From positions 54,820 through 118,819 of the forward strand of contig CAZKEF010000014.1 of assembly GCA_964551735.1 (NCBI GenBank): a stretch of 64,000 nucleotides of DNA. Direction: 5' to 3'. Positions 45,973 to 55,915 of this stretch are shown here, piece after piece (the first letter of the stretch is position 1; each line of letters begins with the position of its first letter). A program made the position numbers and the translations under genes. A model generated the notes under the pieces. It had not been told where the DNA came from. It worked only from the letters and a program-made list of their open reading frames with translations, and ran no database searches. The DNA comes from an uncultured Anaerolineales bacterium (GTDB lineage: Bacteria; Chloroflexota; Anaerolineae; CG2-30-64-16).

Positions 45973-47213
45973 GGGCGCTGCCTTTCCCGCCCGAAGAACA
46001 CCCAATACAAAAAGGTCGAAATCGTATAGAGCACGATGGTCAACATGAACGGCGGCCCGAAGCCATAGCGCACTTGCAGCATGCCGCTGACCGTGGGCGA
46101 GAAGGCCCAGCCGAAATTCCACGACATGCTCACCAGGCTGGCTACCGTGGCGCGGGCCGATGGCTCCACCCTTTCCATGACGAAGGTCTGGTAGACCGGC
46201 CCACTCATGTTCATCAGCGCCACGCGCACCAGGTAGGCCGCGGTGCTGAGCCAGAACCACGGTGCGAAGCCAAGCAGAATCAGGAACGGGATGGAGAGCG
46301 CCTGGGTGACGACCACCAGCCGGATCTTGCCCATGCGGTCGGCCAACGGCGGCGCCAGAAGCAGACCGATGCCCATCGAGAGTGAACCCCAGGCGAACAG
46401 CGTGCCGATCACCGGATCGGGCTGGCGGTAAACCTGGCGGAAGAAGACGTTCATGAACGGCATGATCAGCCCAGCGCCGATGGAAGTGACCAGCATCGGA
46501 AGCACCAGCTTGCTGAGCAGTGCGGGATGTTCGGATGCATACGACAGCGGCGCAAACGCCGAGCGCTCATCCTGGGCCAACCGCGGGGTGCGCAGCAAGG
46601 CCAACGGGATCAGAGCCACCGCGGCCACACTCGCAGTAACCAGCAACGAGCGCCCATAGGCTGCGCTGCTCACGGCGCTAAAGCCGCGCCCGGCCGCCAC
46701 CCAGGTCGGCAGATAGCCGCCCAGCCAGTTGCCCACCGACGCAGAAGCCATCTGTAGGCCCGACCCGAAGCTGAACAAATAGGTGCGCTCATGCTCGGTG
46801 CTGTTTTCCATCAAGAAGGGGCTCATGGTGACCGCGGCCAGGCTCTGCGCCACCCCAAAGACCATGTTCATGGCATACAACATCCCGGCGCCGGGCTGCG
46901 CCACCATGACGACTACGGCCAGGGCTGTAGATCCGCCCGAGACCAGCAACGAGCGTTTACGGCCCAACAGGTCGGCCAGATAGCCCATAGGTAGCGCAAC
47001 CACCAGTGAGGTCAGGCTGTTAGCCGTCACCAGCCGCCCTAATAGCGCCTCATCATAGCCCTGGCTGAGCACGAAGAAATTGAAGAGCAAGCGGAACACG
47101 CCCATTGCCGCGCCGGTCAACACCACGTTAACCAGATAGAGCCGGGCATTGGGGCTGAACGCGCGCAGGCGCGTGCCGTAAGCACGCAAGGCTCGAGCCA
47201 GACGCAGCCCCAT
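45969..47213 (-). CDS. MFS transporter
   Basis: 12 predicted TM segments and the MFS signature region GYLADLLGRKRSLL. Confidence 0.75.
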   Translation of the reverse strand: MGLRLARALRAYGTRLRAFSPNARLYLVNVVLTGAAMGVFRLLFNFFVLSQGYDEALLGRLVTANSLTSLVVALPMGYLADLLGRKRSLLVSGGSTALAVVVMVAQPGAGMLYAMNMVFGVAQSLAAVTMSPFLMENSTEHERTYLFSFGSGLQMASASVGNWLGGYLPTWVAAGRGFSAVSSAAYGRSLLVTASVAAVALIPLALLRTPRLAQDERSAFAPLSYASEHPALLSKLVLPMLVTSIGAGLIMPFMNVFFRQVYRQPDPVIGTLFAWGSLSMGIGLLLAPPLADRMGKIRLVVVTQALSIPFLILLGFAPWFWLSTAAYLVRVALMNMSGPVYQTFVMERVEPSARATVASLVSMSWNFGWAFSPTVSGMLQVRYGFGPPFMLTIVLYTISTFLYWVFFGRERQRP

Positions 47214-47917
47214 CAGGGTTGCTCCAAGGCCTTGACCGGGCCCGTGGGCCTACTGTCAGACCGCTCGGCCACCAACCGTTGACATAGACGCACACCCTCC
47301 ATCGCATCAATAGACCAGTGATCCGCACCCACAAAGCGACACACTTGTTCATCCACCTGGCCGCCCAACAGGATCGGGAGCTGCCGCCCATCCTCCGCCA
47401 TCATAGCCCTGAGCGCGGTAACCGTATCGCGCATGGTGGGGTACGCCGCGGCGATCAGCCCCGACATGCCGATGATATCCGGCAAGAACGCTCGGGCCTC
47501 GGCTACGAAGCGGGCCGGCGCCACATCCACGCCCAGGTCCAGCACGGTAAAGCCGTAACACTGCAACAACATCAACAACAGGTTTTTGCCCAGGTCGTGG
47601 ATGTCTCCTTGGACAGTGCCCAGCAGCACCCGGCCCGAAGTGTGACCCGAAAAGCGCGCCTCGACCGAAGGCATCACGATATCCATTACCTCGCGCAAGA
47701 TCTCTCCGGCCATGATCAGGCCGGAGAGGAAGTAGCGCCGCTGTGCGTACCGCTCACCCACGTCACGCATGCCGACCTGGCACTCCTCAATGATCTGCAA
47801 AGGGTCATCCCCGCGGTCCATGCGCGCCTGCACCATCGCGAGCACTTCCTGTTCGCGCAGATCGGCCAACGCCGCAGCCAGCTCAGCTGCACTTGCCACA
47901 TGTAGATTGTCCGCCAT
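47213..47917 (-). CDS. Corrinoid (cobalamin)-binding protein, MtaC/MtbC-like (B12-binding_2 cap plus B12-binding domain)
   Basis: DxHxxG motif GDIHDLGKN and the B12-binding Rossmann region. 1-nt overlap with the MFS gene. Confidence 0.75.
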   Translation of the reverse strand: MADNLHVASAAELAAALADLREQEVLAMVQARMDRGDDPLQIIEECQVGMRDVGERYAQRRYFLSGLIMAGEILREVMDIVMPSVEARFSGHTSGRVLLGTVQGDIHDLGKNLLLMLLQCYGFTVLDLGVDVAPARFVAEARAFLPDIIGMSGLIAAAYPTMRDTVTALRAMMAEDGRQLPILLGGQVDEQVCRFVGADHWSIDAMEGVRLCQRLVAERSDSRPTGPVKALEQP

Positions 47918-47952
47918 CGTTACTCCCATGCACCCGCCTGGTTGGCCGACCG

Positions 47953-48723
47953 CTACACCCCGACACGGGCGTTGAAGCGGAGGCGATCACCGGGCACAAT
48001 GAACCATCCCCAGCTCACCGGCCGGTCCTCGAAATCATAGAAGACGTGTTCGATGCAAAAGGCGGAGCGGCCTACCGGAACGGCAAGCAGCTTCGACTCT
48101 TCCTCGGTAACCACCGTGGTCTCAATGGTAAGATCCCCCCGCTTGAGCACGGTTTCCCCGTGGCCGTGAAACAGGCCCTGCAAGGTGGTGATGCCCATCT
48201 CCGCCTCAACGATGGGCTGTGTCGGATCGAAGATCAGATACTCGCGATGATACGCGACCGGTTGGCCGTCCCGCGATAACAGACGACGGATGGAGATCAC
48301 CTTATCGTCCATCGGCACACCCAGCCGCTGGCTGACACGCGCGGTTGCTGGCGTCGTGCGCACGGACAGGAAACGCACGACCGTGTTTTCATCGTTGAAG
48401 AGATCCTCCAACGCTTGCAGCCCGAAAGTGGCCCTGCCCAGCACCAGCGGCCGGACGAAGGTGCCGCGGCCGCGCGTCGCGGTCACCAGGCCCTCGTCCA
48501 GCAAGATGTTGATCGCCCGGCGCACGGTCATGGGGCTGACCTCGTACCGCTCGCATAACTGCGCCTCGGACGGCACGCGGTCACCGGGCCGGAGCTCACC
48601 GGATGCGATCTGCTGGCGCAGAATGTGGGCAAGTTGGTAATACGGCGGCTCGAAAGAGTTGCGGTCAATGTTGGCCCCCCGCGCCGATCGGGTGCGGGCA
48701 GCAGGCATCTGGGTTGTCACCAT
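47953..48723 (-). CDS. GntR-family (HutC/FarR subfamily) transcriptional regulator with UTRA effector domain
   Basis: HTH YYQLAHILRQQIASGELRPGDRVPSEAQLCERYEVSPMTVRRAINIL, then a UTRA-like C-terminus. GGAGACAG SD. Confidence 0.8.
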   Translation of the reverse strand: MVTTQMPAARTRSARGANIDRNSFEPPYYQLAHILRQQIASGELRPGDRVPSEAQLCERYEVSPMTVRRAINILLDEGLVTATRGRGTFVRPLVLGRATFGLQALEDLFNDENTVVRFLSVRTTPATARVSQRLGVPMDDKVISIRRLLSRDGQPVAYHREYLIFDPTQPIVEAEMGITTLQGLFHGHGETVLKRGDLTIETTVVTEEESKLLAVPVGRSAFCIEHVFYDFEDRPVSWGWFIVPGDRLRFNARVGV

Positions 48724-48813
48724 ACCGGATCTGTCTCCACGGGCGGCGCGCGCAGCGCGACCACCGGTCTGAACCATGGATTTCAGGGTAACATCATACC
48801 ACGATCTTTCGAT

Positions 48814-48842
48814 TTGACAAGTTCCCTAGGGTATTATATAAT
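48814..48842 (+). promoter_or_regulatory. Perfect-consensus sigma70 promoter TTGACA, 17-bp spacer, TATAAT; the spacer contains palindrome CCCTAGGG
   Basis: Seen directly in an unusually AT-rich patch, in the divergent region between the GntR gene and the MtrH-like gene. Confidence 0.5.
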
Positions 48843-49135
48843 TAACTCAATTCTCAGCCCTGCTGCGACCCACGGAGGTCTGATGTCCCCCCGACTCGCG
48901 CTGATTGACACCGGCCGCGGGGACATGACACATTACCGCGAGGTTGCGCGGCGCCTGGCCGAGCGCTGGGATCTGCGCTCCGAAGAGATCTCCGGCTCGA
49001 ACGCGCTGGTGCGCAAGATGCTATTGGGTCCCTGGGACGACGGCTTCGTGGTGATCCCGCCGGGCGAAGCTATCCGCTACTATCATTTCTTCCCGGCTGC
49101 CGTGGAAGAACCAGCACCCCCAAAGGAAGGGCACA

Positions 49136-49918
49136 ATGAGAATCATCGGCGAGAAAATCAACGGCACCCGCAAAGCGGTGAAACAGGCCGTACTCGACCG
49201 CAACGTCGAGTCCATCCAGAAGCTGGCCGCGGCCGGCTCGACTTGGATCGACGTCAACGCGGGCACTCCAACGGACCGCGAGCCGGACGACCTGGTCTGG
49301 CTCGTGCAGACGGTGCAGGCAGCGGTGACCAAACCACTCTGTCTGGACAGCGCGAACCCGGATGCGCTGGCGGCCGCGCTGCCCCACGTCAAGCAGGCAC
49401 CCCTGATCAACTCCATCAGCGGCGAGACGGCGCGGCTGACCGGCGTGTTGCCGCTGGCTGCGCAGGCCAAAGGCGGGGTCATCGCCCTGGCCATGGACGA
49501 CAAGGGCATCCCTGCGGACACCGAAGGCCGGCTGGCGATCGTGCGCCGGTTGATTGACGAGACGCGCACCGCGGGCATCCCCGATGAGCAGGTCTATGTG
49601 GACCCGTTGGTGATGACCATCGGCGCCAGCGGCAACGCGGCGCGTGTGGCATTGGCCACGGTGCGCGCGGTCGAAGCCGAGTATCCCAAGGTCCACTTCA
49701 CCTCGGGCCTCAGCAACATCTCCTTCGGCCTGCCGGTGCGCACGCTGATCAACCGAGCATTCCTGACGTTGATGTTGGAGGCCGGCCTGGACACGGCTAT
49801 CCTCGACCCGCTGGACCGGGAGCTGCGCAAAGCGCTGCTGGCCGCCGAGGCCACGCTCGGCATTGACAGGCATTGCCTAAACTACACCCGCGCGTACCGC
49901 GCTGGGCTGTTGGAATAA
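49136..49918 (+). CDS. Methyltetrahydrofolate:corrinoid methyltransferase-like pterin-binding protein (MtrH/AcsE family)
   Basis: N-terminus MRIIGEKINGTRKAVKQAV...WIDVNAG is typical of MtrH/AcsE. AAGGAAGGG SD. Confidence 0.7.
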   Translation: MRIIGEKINGTRKAVKQAVLDRNVESIQKLAAAGSTWIDVNAGTPTDREPDDLVWLVQTVQAAVTKPLCLDSANPDALAAALPHVKQAPLINSISGETARLTGVLPLAAQAKGGVIALAMDDKGIPADTEGRLAIVRRLIDETRTAGIPDEQVYVDPLVMTIGASGNAARVALATVRAVEAEYPKVHFTSGLSNISFGLPVRTLINRAFLTLMLEAGLDTAILDPLDRELRKALLAAEATLGIDRHCLNYTRAYRAGLLE

Positions 49919-50145
49919 GACTGGCCCGGCGACTGGAAATCACGGCTACCTTCGCCAAGTCCACCTGCATGGACTGACAATCAGTTGGCGCAGGCCGACT
50001 TCGCAAGGGTGGCCGCGGTTTCAGCCGCCGAGACCCCATCACAAGGGAGGATTTTCATATCGGAGCAACTGAGCAACGCCATCGCCGAAATGGACGAGGA
50101 GGGCGCACTGGCGATGGCCTGGATAAAGGCAAACCCACTCACCCG

Positions 50146-50850
50146 CTACGCCACCCCCGAAGCCACCCCCAGCGCGCCCGATGGGAATGTGAACGCCCAC
50201 CAGGACAGCGCGTACGGCAAGTTTTGCTTACGGACATAATGTGACACCACCAGCAGTGCCATGATGAACCACCATAGGGCGAAGCCCCAGGTCATCAGAA
50301 TGCCCAATTTCGCCAGCGGCGCAAAAGCCTGCGGGTCAACTCCCAGCACCGGGGCAGCCTCAAACAACTGCTGCAGCTTGGACAGATCTACCGCCAAGAT
50401 CGCGGGCGGCGCGATGCCGATGAAGAAGGTGGCGGCGAACCTGCTCATAGGCAGCTCCTCGAAAATGTACCGGTGATAGACGGCCGCGCCCACGAATAGG
50501 AACAGGAAGAATCCCACCCCCAGGCCGATCATAGACAGGCCGAAAATCCACTCCGCCTGGTCCGGGAAGATATGGGCCAACTCAAACCCGGCGATCGGGA
50601 TCAGCAGCTTGGAGACTGGCGGGATATACCAGCCGAAGTTCGCGTGGCCGATCTTGATCCCCTCGTGCCGGTAGATGCGCTCCACGATCACGCAGCCCAT
50701 GCCGAAGATGCTCACTGTGCTGATCAGCCACAGCCAGAAGGCGATCTGATGCGACACCCCCGGCGCGAAGAATAGATCCGGGTATTTGATCAGATCCAGC
50801 GCGATGATAATCAACGAGATCGGCATCGTGGGAAAAAAAACTGGCCGCAA
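50146..50850 (-). CDS. Integral membrane transporter, C-terminal portion (TDT/TehA-like); N-terminal segment separated by an in-frame TGA next to an A8/T8 tract
   Basis: Hydrophobic 234-aa ORF. In the same frame, ~50 hydrophobic codons upstream (VIPLALSFIPAPIVRLVAGMFTVIAAAMFLAFL) end at a TGA five codons before the annotated start. The homopolymer lies at 50829-50836. Confidence 0.4.
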   Translation of the reverse strand: MRPVFFPTMPISLIIIALDLIKYPDLFFAPGVSHQIAFWLWLISTVSIFGMGCVIVERIYRHEGIKIGHANFGWYIPPVSKLLIPIAGFELAHIFPDQAEWIFGLSMIGLGVGFFLFLFVGAAVYHRYIFEELPMSRFAATFFIGIAPPAILAVDLSKLQQLFEAAPVLGVDPQAFAPLAKLGILMTWGFALWWFIMALLVVSHYVRKQNLPYALSWWAFTFPSGALGVASGVA

Positions 50851-51253
50851 CCGGGTGGTTCAGGTCGCCCTGAACCGCAGCCCAATGCTTGATGAGGCGC
50901 CACGTCCACGGCGTAAAAATGCCAGAAACATTGCCGCGGCGATCACCGTGAACATGCCGGCAACCAGCCTGACGATCGGCGCAGGGATGAATGAAAGCGC
51001 CAACGGGATCACCGCAATACATCCTTCGAGGCATGATCTCCGCCTGGTTTACCGCCATACTTATGAAACAAGGAGAAGACCGATGTCCGCACACGGACCC
51101 AACCTGATCCGACGTTTCCCCCTGGCCGCGTTCTTCATCCTGGCCTATGCGTTCAGTTGGGGCCTTTCCCTCTTCACCGCGCCGGGCGCGCTGCCTTCAT
51201 GGTGAAGGCCGGCCCTCTCTTAGGGTATCATGCGCCGGTTGACTTCCATGTAG

Positions 51254-52395
51254 ATGCTTCTGAGCTTTGCTTTGCTGTTGGCTGCGCCAAACCAGGCCGC
51301 GACCACGGACGCGGTGCCAGCCCACTCATGCAGCACTTTCCTGCTGCAAGCCGGTGAGGCGTTCTATGTGGGTCACAATCTGGATGATGACTACAACGTA
51401 CCGGGCACAGTGGTGGTTAACCCGGCCGGCGTGCGCAAGGAGAGCCTGAGTTGGGAGGATGACCTCTACGCCGCCTTTGGCAAGAGCCGCCGCGCGCCGC
51501 GCGTCCGTTGGGTAGCCCAATATGGCTCGATCACCTACAACACGCAGGGCCGCGATTTCATTGACGGCGGGATGAACGAGGCCGGACTGTACGTGGGCGA
51601 GATGACCCTGCGCAGTACGATCCGGCCGCCTCAGGGCAAGCTGCCCAGGATCGAACCGCGGTTGTGGATGCAATACTTGCTGGACAACTTCACCAGCGTG
51701 GATGAGGTCATCACCAGCCTCGAAACCGTTGCGGTCGGCGGGCCGACCACCTGGCACTTCTTCGTCGCTGACCGGCTGGGCGAGACCGCGGCCAGCAAAT
51801 ACTGGAGGGCCAGGTCGTGATCCGGGGCGGCGCAGCGATGCCGGTCAAGGCACTCTGTAACGCGCCCTACGAGGTGGAGTTGGCGAAGCTGACGCAGTTC
51901 GAGGGCTTTGGCGGACACATGCCGTTGGACATGGCAGACAAGGACCCGCAAGCCGATCGCCGCTTCGCCTGGGCTGCGGCGCTGCTGGCCGCCCACTCGG
52001 CCACCGGGGCGCCGGAGCCGGCCGCCTGCGCGTTCGACATCCTGGACGAGCTGGACCTAGGCAACAACCAGTGGCAGGTAGTCTACGATCTCACTCACGG
52101 GAGGATGTATTTCCGTACGGCGCAAGCGCGCCAGGTGCGCCAGGTGGACTTTGCAGCCTTCGACTTCGCCTGTCCCGCGCCGGCGATGATGCTGGACATT
52201 CAGCGCGACCTGGCGGGCGATGTCGCGGACGCGTTCGAACCGTACAGTGAGACGAGCAACCGTGCGTTCATCCGCCGCGCCCTCGCGCCGCTCGACCTGG
52301 GGGTGCCAGCGCCGCTGGCCCAGGCGTTCAAGAGGCTATGGGAGAAACGTCTGTACAATCATACGCACGGCTTCATCTGCACGGTTGAGAAATAA
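51254..52395 (+). pseudogene. Choloylglycine hydrolase/linear amide C-N hydrolase (Ntn hydrolase) family gene split by a frameshift near 51790-51820
   Basis: Signal peptide followed by nucleophile Cys (AHSCSTFLL). Two adjacent ORFs, 51254-51820 and 51817-52395, in different frames together span a family-sized protein. Confidence 0.55.
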
Positions 52396-52417
52396 CCCCC
52401 ATCAAAAGAACCCTTTG

Positions 52418-52446
52418 TTGATCGCTGGGTCAGACCATGTTACAAT
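52418..52446 (+). promoter_or_regulatory. Candidate promoter TTGATC, 17-bp spacer, TACAAT upstream of the Ldh_2 gene
   Basis: Hexamers and spacing seen directly. Confidence 0.35.
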
Positions 52447-52531
52447 GACGCCCTCTTTGACGACTAAAGGATCATCGCCATCTGAGATCAGTTTGCGTCG
52501 CACGACGAGATACTGCTGAGGAAGCCACACC

Positions 52532-53614
52532 ATGAACCCATCAGATCCCTATTTCAAAGTCAACATCGAAGACCTGACCGCTTTCTGCCTGGCTGCGTTG
52601 CGCAAAGTTGGAGTCAACGAAACGGATGCCCAACTGACCGCGGACGCCCTGGTGACCACCGACACGTTGGGCACGTTCACCCATGGCACTCGCCAACTGC
52701 GCGGCCTGATCAAGAACGTGCTCGATGGCCGTCTCGATCCGGCAGCGGCCGAAACAGTGGCCTCGGAAGGGCCGGCCTGGGCCATCTTAGATGCGAATTA
52801 TGCCATGCCGCCTGCGGTGGCCTGTCGCGCCATGCGCCTTGCCATGACGAAAGCGCGGGCCTGCGGCCTGGGTTACGTCGGGGTGCGCCGCACCAGCCAC
52901 TTCGGGGCCGCAGGCTACTACGCGCGCCTGGCCGCGGCCGAGGACATGCTGGGCCTGGCGGTGTGCAATGTGGACCCGGTGATGACTGTCACGGGCGCGG
53001 CCGGCAAGGTCATCGGCACCAATCCCATCGCGTGGGCCGCGCCAGCCGACGAGGAGCAAATGGTATACCTGGACATCGCTACCAGCCGCGTGGCAGCCAC
53101 CAAGGTATTCGCCGCCAAAGCCCTGGGCAAGTCGGTGCCCGACACCTGGCTGATTGATGCCGAGGGCCGGCCCACCACCGATCCCAGCCGCTTTCCGGAG
53201 GAAGGCGCGCTGTTGCCGTTGGCCGATTACAAAGGCTACGGCCTGGCGGTGCTGGTGGAGGTGCTCGGTGGCGTGCTGACCGGCGCTGCATTGTTAAGCG
53301 GCGTCGTGAGCTGGGCCGGCGCGTCGCTGGAACGGGTGAACCAGGGGCACGCGTTCATTGCACTGGACATCGCCGCCATGATGCCGGTGGCCGAGTTCAA
53401 GCAGCGCATGGACGCAGTGGTGCGCGAGCTACGCGCGGCGCCTAAGGCAGCCGGCCACGACCGGGTCTTCGTGCCGGGCGAGAAGGAGTGGGAGCATCGC
53501 GCCCTGGCCCTGGCAAACGGCATCCCACTGCCGCCCGACGTCGCCGCCGGCCTGCGAGGCCTGGGCCAGGATGTCGGCCTCGCGCCCGAGGATTTTGGGT
53601 TGAAGCTGGGGTAA
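52532..53614 (+). CDS. Ldh_2-family malate/L-lactate/sulfolactate-type dehydrogenase
   Basis: Family pattern throughout, e.g. GTFTHGTRQLRG and RTSHFGAAGYY. Confidence 0.75.
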   Translation: MNPSDPYFKVNIEDLTAFCLAALRKVGVNETDAQLTADALVTTDTLGTFTHGTRQLRGLIKNVLDGRLDPAAAETVASEGPAWAILDANYAMPPAVACRAMRLAMTKARACGLGYVGVRRTSHFGAAGYYARLAAAEDMLGLAVCNVDPVMTVTGAAGKVIGTNPIAWAAPADEEQMVYLDIATSRVAATKVFAAKALGKSVPDTWLIDAEGRPTTDPSRFPEEGALLPLADYKGYGLAVLVEVLGGVLTGAALLSGVVSWAGASLERVNQGHAFIALDIAAMMPVAEFKQRMDAVVRELRAAPKAAGHDRVFVPGEKEWEHRALALANGIPLPPDVAAGLRGLGQDVGLAPEDFGLKLG

Positions 53615-53687
53615 TCCTCAACGTGAGAAGGCCCCGCAGGGCCTGACGTCAAGCGGCTGCGGCCGCTTCTCACTTTCAGGCAGGGGT

Positions 53688-54770
53688 GTGCAATCCCTGA
53701 GCCATGAGAACTGCAGGAAGCTTGAAGGAGAGCTAGAATTGGCTACTGAAATTCGCGTCCCTTACGACACACTGGTCGCCACCATCGACCGCACATTGGC
53801 CGCCGAAGGGGTGCCAGAACACGTCCGCCGCATCGAGGCGGCGCTGACAGCCGAGGCCGACCTGTTGGGTGTGCCATCCCACGGGATCCGTATGCTGCCC
53901 CTGATCGTGCAAGGGCTGCGCGATGGTCGTGCTAATGGGGACCCACAGTTGGCATTGACGCGCGACGACCAGGCGGTCTGCGTGTTAGACGGGGACCGCG
54001 GGCTGGGGCGGTACGTAGCGCACCAGGGGATGGAACAGGCCATCGCCCGTGCCCGGCGCTTCGGCGTGGGCCTTTGCGTGGCTCACCGGGTGACGCACTG
54101 GGGTCGCGCCCACGCCTACGCCTGCCAGGCTGCCCGTGCCGGGATGATCGGCATCTGCACCACCAACGCGATCCCCAACATGACCGGCTGGGGTTCTCGA
54201 CAACCGGTGGTGGGCAATAATCCGTTGGGCATCGGTGTACCGCGCGGCGAGGGCCTCGACCCGATGGTGCTGGACATGGCGATGAGCCAGGCTGCCGTAG
54301 GCAAGATCGGCACCTATCTGCGCGAAGGTAAGGCCGCGCCCGAAGGATGGGGCCTCGACGCATCCGGGCAGCCCACCAACGATCCATCGGCGATCCTGGC
54401 CTCGGGCCTGGTACTGCCCATGGGCGAGCACAAAGGGGCCGGGCTGGCGCTGATGATGGAGGTCTTCACCGGCGCGCTGGCCGGCGGATTCCTCAGCTAC
54501 GAGGTGGGCCAGGCAGACAGCACCGGGCTGGATCCCGAGGGCAGCAAGTTCCTACTGGCGATTGATGTCACGCGCTTCATTGACCCGGCGCGCTTCGCCC
54601 AACGCGTGGCCGACCTGCTGGGCTTTGTGGATCAAGGGGTAGGCGCGGATGGGGAGTTCCTCTACCCCGGGCAGCGCGGCTGGCAAACCCGCGACCGCAA
54701 CCTGGTCGAGGGCGTGCCGATCCACCCGCAAATCGTGGAGCAGTTGGCAAAGATCAATGTAACGCTTTAG
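53688..54770 (+). CDS. Ldh_2-family dehydrogenase, tandem paralog
   Basis: Family pattern GVPSHGIRMLP. An alternative TTG start at 53739 is preceded by GAAGGAGAG. Confidence 0.7.
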   Translation: MQSLSHENCRKLEGELELATEIRVPYDTLVATIDRTLAAEGVPEHVRRIEAALTAEADLLGVPSHGIRMLPLIVQGLRDGRANGDPQLALTRDDQAVCVLDGDRGLGRYVAHQGMEQAIARARRFGVGLCVAHRVTHWGRAHAYACQAARAGMIGICTTNAIPNMTGWGSRQPVVGNNPLGIGVPRGEGLDPMVLDMAMSQAAVGKIGTYLREGKAAPEGWGLDASGQPTNDPSAILASGLVLPMGEHKGAGLALMMEVFTGALAGGFLSYEVGQADSTGLDPEGSKFLLAIDVTRFIDPARFAQRVADLLGFVDQGVGADGEFLYPGQRGWQTRDRNLVEGVPIHPQIVEQLAKINVTL

Positions 54771-54882
54771 TAGGGGCGGGTTTCTGCGCGTTAACAGCGG
54801 ACAGCCGTTGCCGCACTGTCGTCAACAACAGGCAGGCGTGCATTAACCGCGGAAGACCCGCCCTATTGAATTGGAGGATTCA

Positions 54883-55872
54883 ATGAAACGCGTTCCCTTC
54901 GGCAGCACCGGCGAACTGGTGTCGGAGTTCTGCCTGGGCACCATGATGTTCGGCGCGCGGTGCGACGAAGCTGAATCCGATCGCATCTTGAGCGCGGCGC
55001 TGGCGCGTGGGGTCAACTTCGTGGACACCGCGGCCATGTATGCGGCGGGCGGCACCGAGGAGATCTTGGGCCGCCTGTTGCGCGGACGCCGGGATCAAGT
55101 CTTCCTCGCCACAAAAGTACATCGGGACCTGGAGCCGGACACCATCCGAACCAGCATCGAAGAGAGCCTGGCGCGGCTGCAGACGGACACTGTGGATCTT
55201 TATTTGCTGCACTGGCCGCTGCCGGGAATGCGTCCCGTGGAAATCATGCAAGCGCTGGACCAGGTGGTGCGCGCAGGCAAGGCGCGCTACGTGGGATGCT
55301 CCAACTTCCCGGCCTGGCTGCTGGCCCACTGCAACGCCATCGCGGCTGCGCACGGTTGGCCGCGGCTGATCAATAACCAGGTGGCCTACAACCTGTTCGA
55401 GCGGGGCATCGAGGTGGAGATCTTGCCCCAGGCCGTGGCCGAGGAAATCGCCATCACCGCGTATCGCCCCTTGGCCGAAGGGGTGCTGGCGGGACGCTAC
55501 CAGGTGGGCGGGCCGTTCCCGTCCGGTGCGCGCGGGGAGAGCAGCGGACCGGTCATTACCTGGCTGGCGCAGCACGGGGCCAGCATCCAGCGGTTCAACC
55601 GCTACGCGGCGGATTTGGGCGTGCCGCCCGCGGCCTTGGCGCTGGCGTGGCTGCGCTACAGCCCCGGCGTGATTTCCGTTATCGTCGGCGCCAGCCGGCT
55701 CGGCCAGTTGGACGACAGCTTCGTTGGCTTCGAGCTTGACCTGACTGAACAACAGTACCAGGAAGTGACCGCGCTCTTTGCCACCGAGGTGTGGGAGGAA
55801 GGCTTGCAGTTGTTCCCTGGCCGCAAATACAACTTCCCGCGGCTGCGGCGGAATCTGGGGCTGCTGAGTTAG
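54883..55872 (+). CDS. Aldo/keto reductase
   Basis: GGAGG SD. AKR motifs GTMMFG, VNFVDTAAMY and LHWP. Confidence 0.85.
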   Translation: MKRVPFGSTGELVSEFCLGTMMFGARCDEAESDRILSAALARGVNFVDTAAMYAAGGTEEILGRLLRGRRDQVFLATKVHRDLEPDTIRTSIEESLARLQTDTVDLYLLHWPLPGMRPVEIMQALDQVVRAGKARYVGCSNFPAWLLAHCNAIAAAHGWPRLINNQVAYNLFERGIEVEILPQAVAEEIAITAYRPLAEGVLAGRYQVGGPFPSGARGESSGPVITWLAQHGASIQRFNRYAADLGVPPAALALAWLRYSPGVISVIVGASRLGQLDDSFVGFELDLTEQQYQEVTALFATEVWEEGLQLFPGRKYNFPRLRRNLGLLS

Positions 55873-55915
55873 AACTCTGCTTCCGCCGGGTCTAAGACCC
55901 GGCGGAAGCAGAATG

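Noticed and set aside
45700-46260. 186-aa ORF overlapping the 3' end of the MFS gene
   Set aside because: The N-terminal two-thirds overlaps the MFS coding sequence on the same strand in another frame. Only the final ~90 codons (45700-45972) are kept as a low-confidence small gene.
48625-49557. 310-aa ORF spanning the small upstream ORF and overlapping the MtrH-like gene in another frame
   Set aside because: Beyond ~49140 it is out of frame with a strongly supported gene and becomes Arg/Gly-rich. Only the first ~85 codons look protein-like; see the promoter finding.
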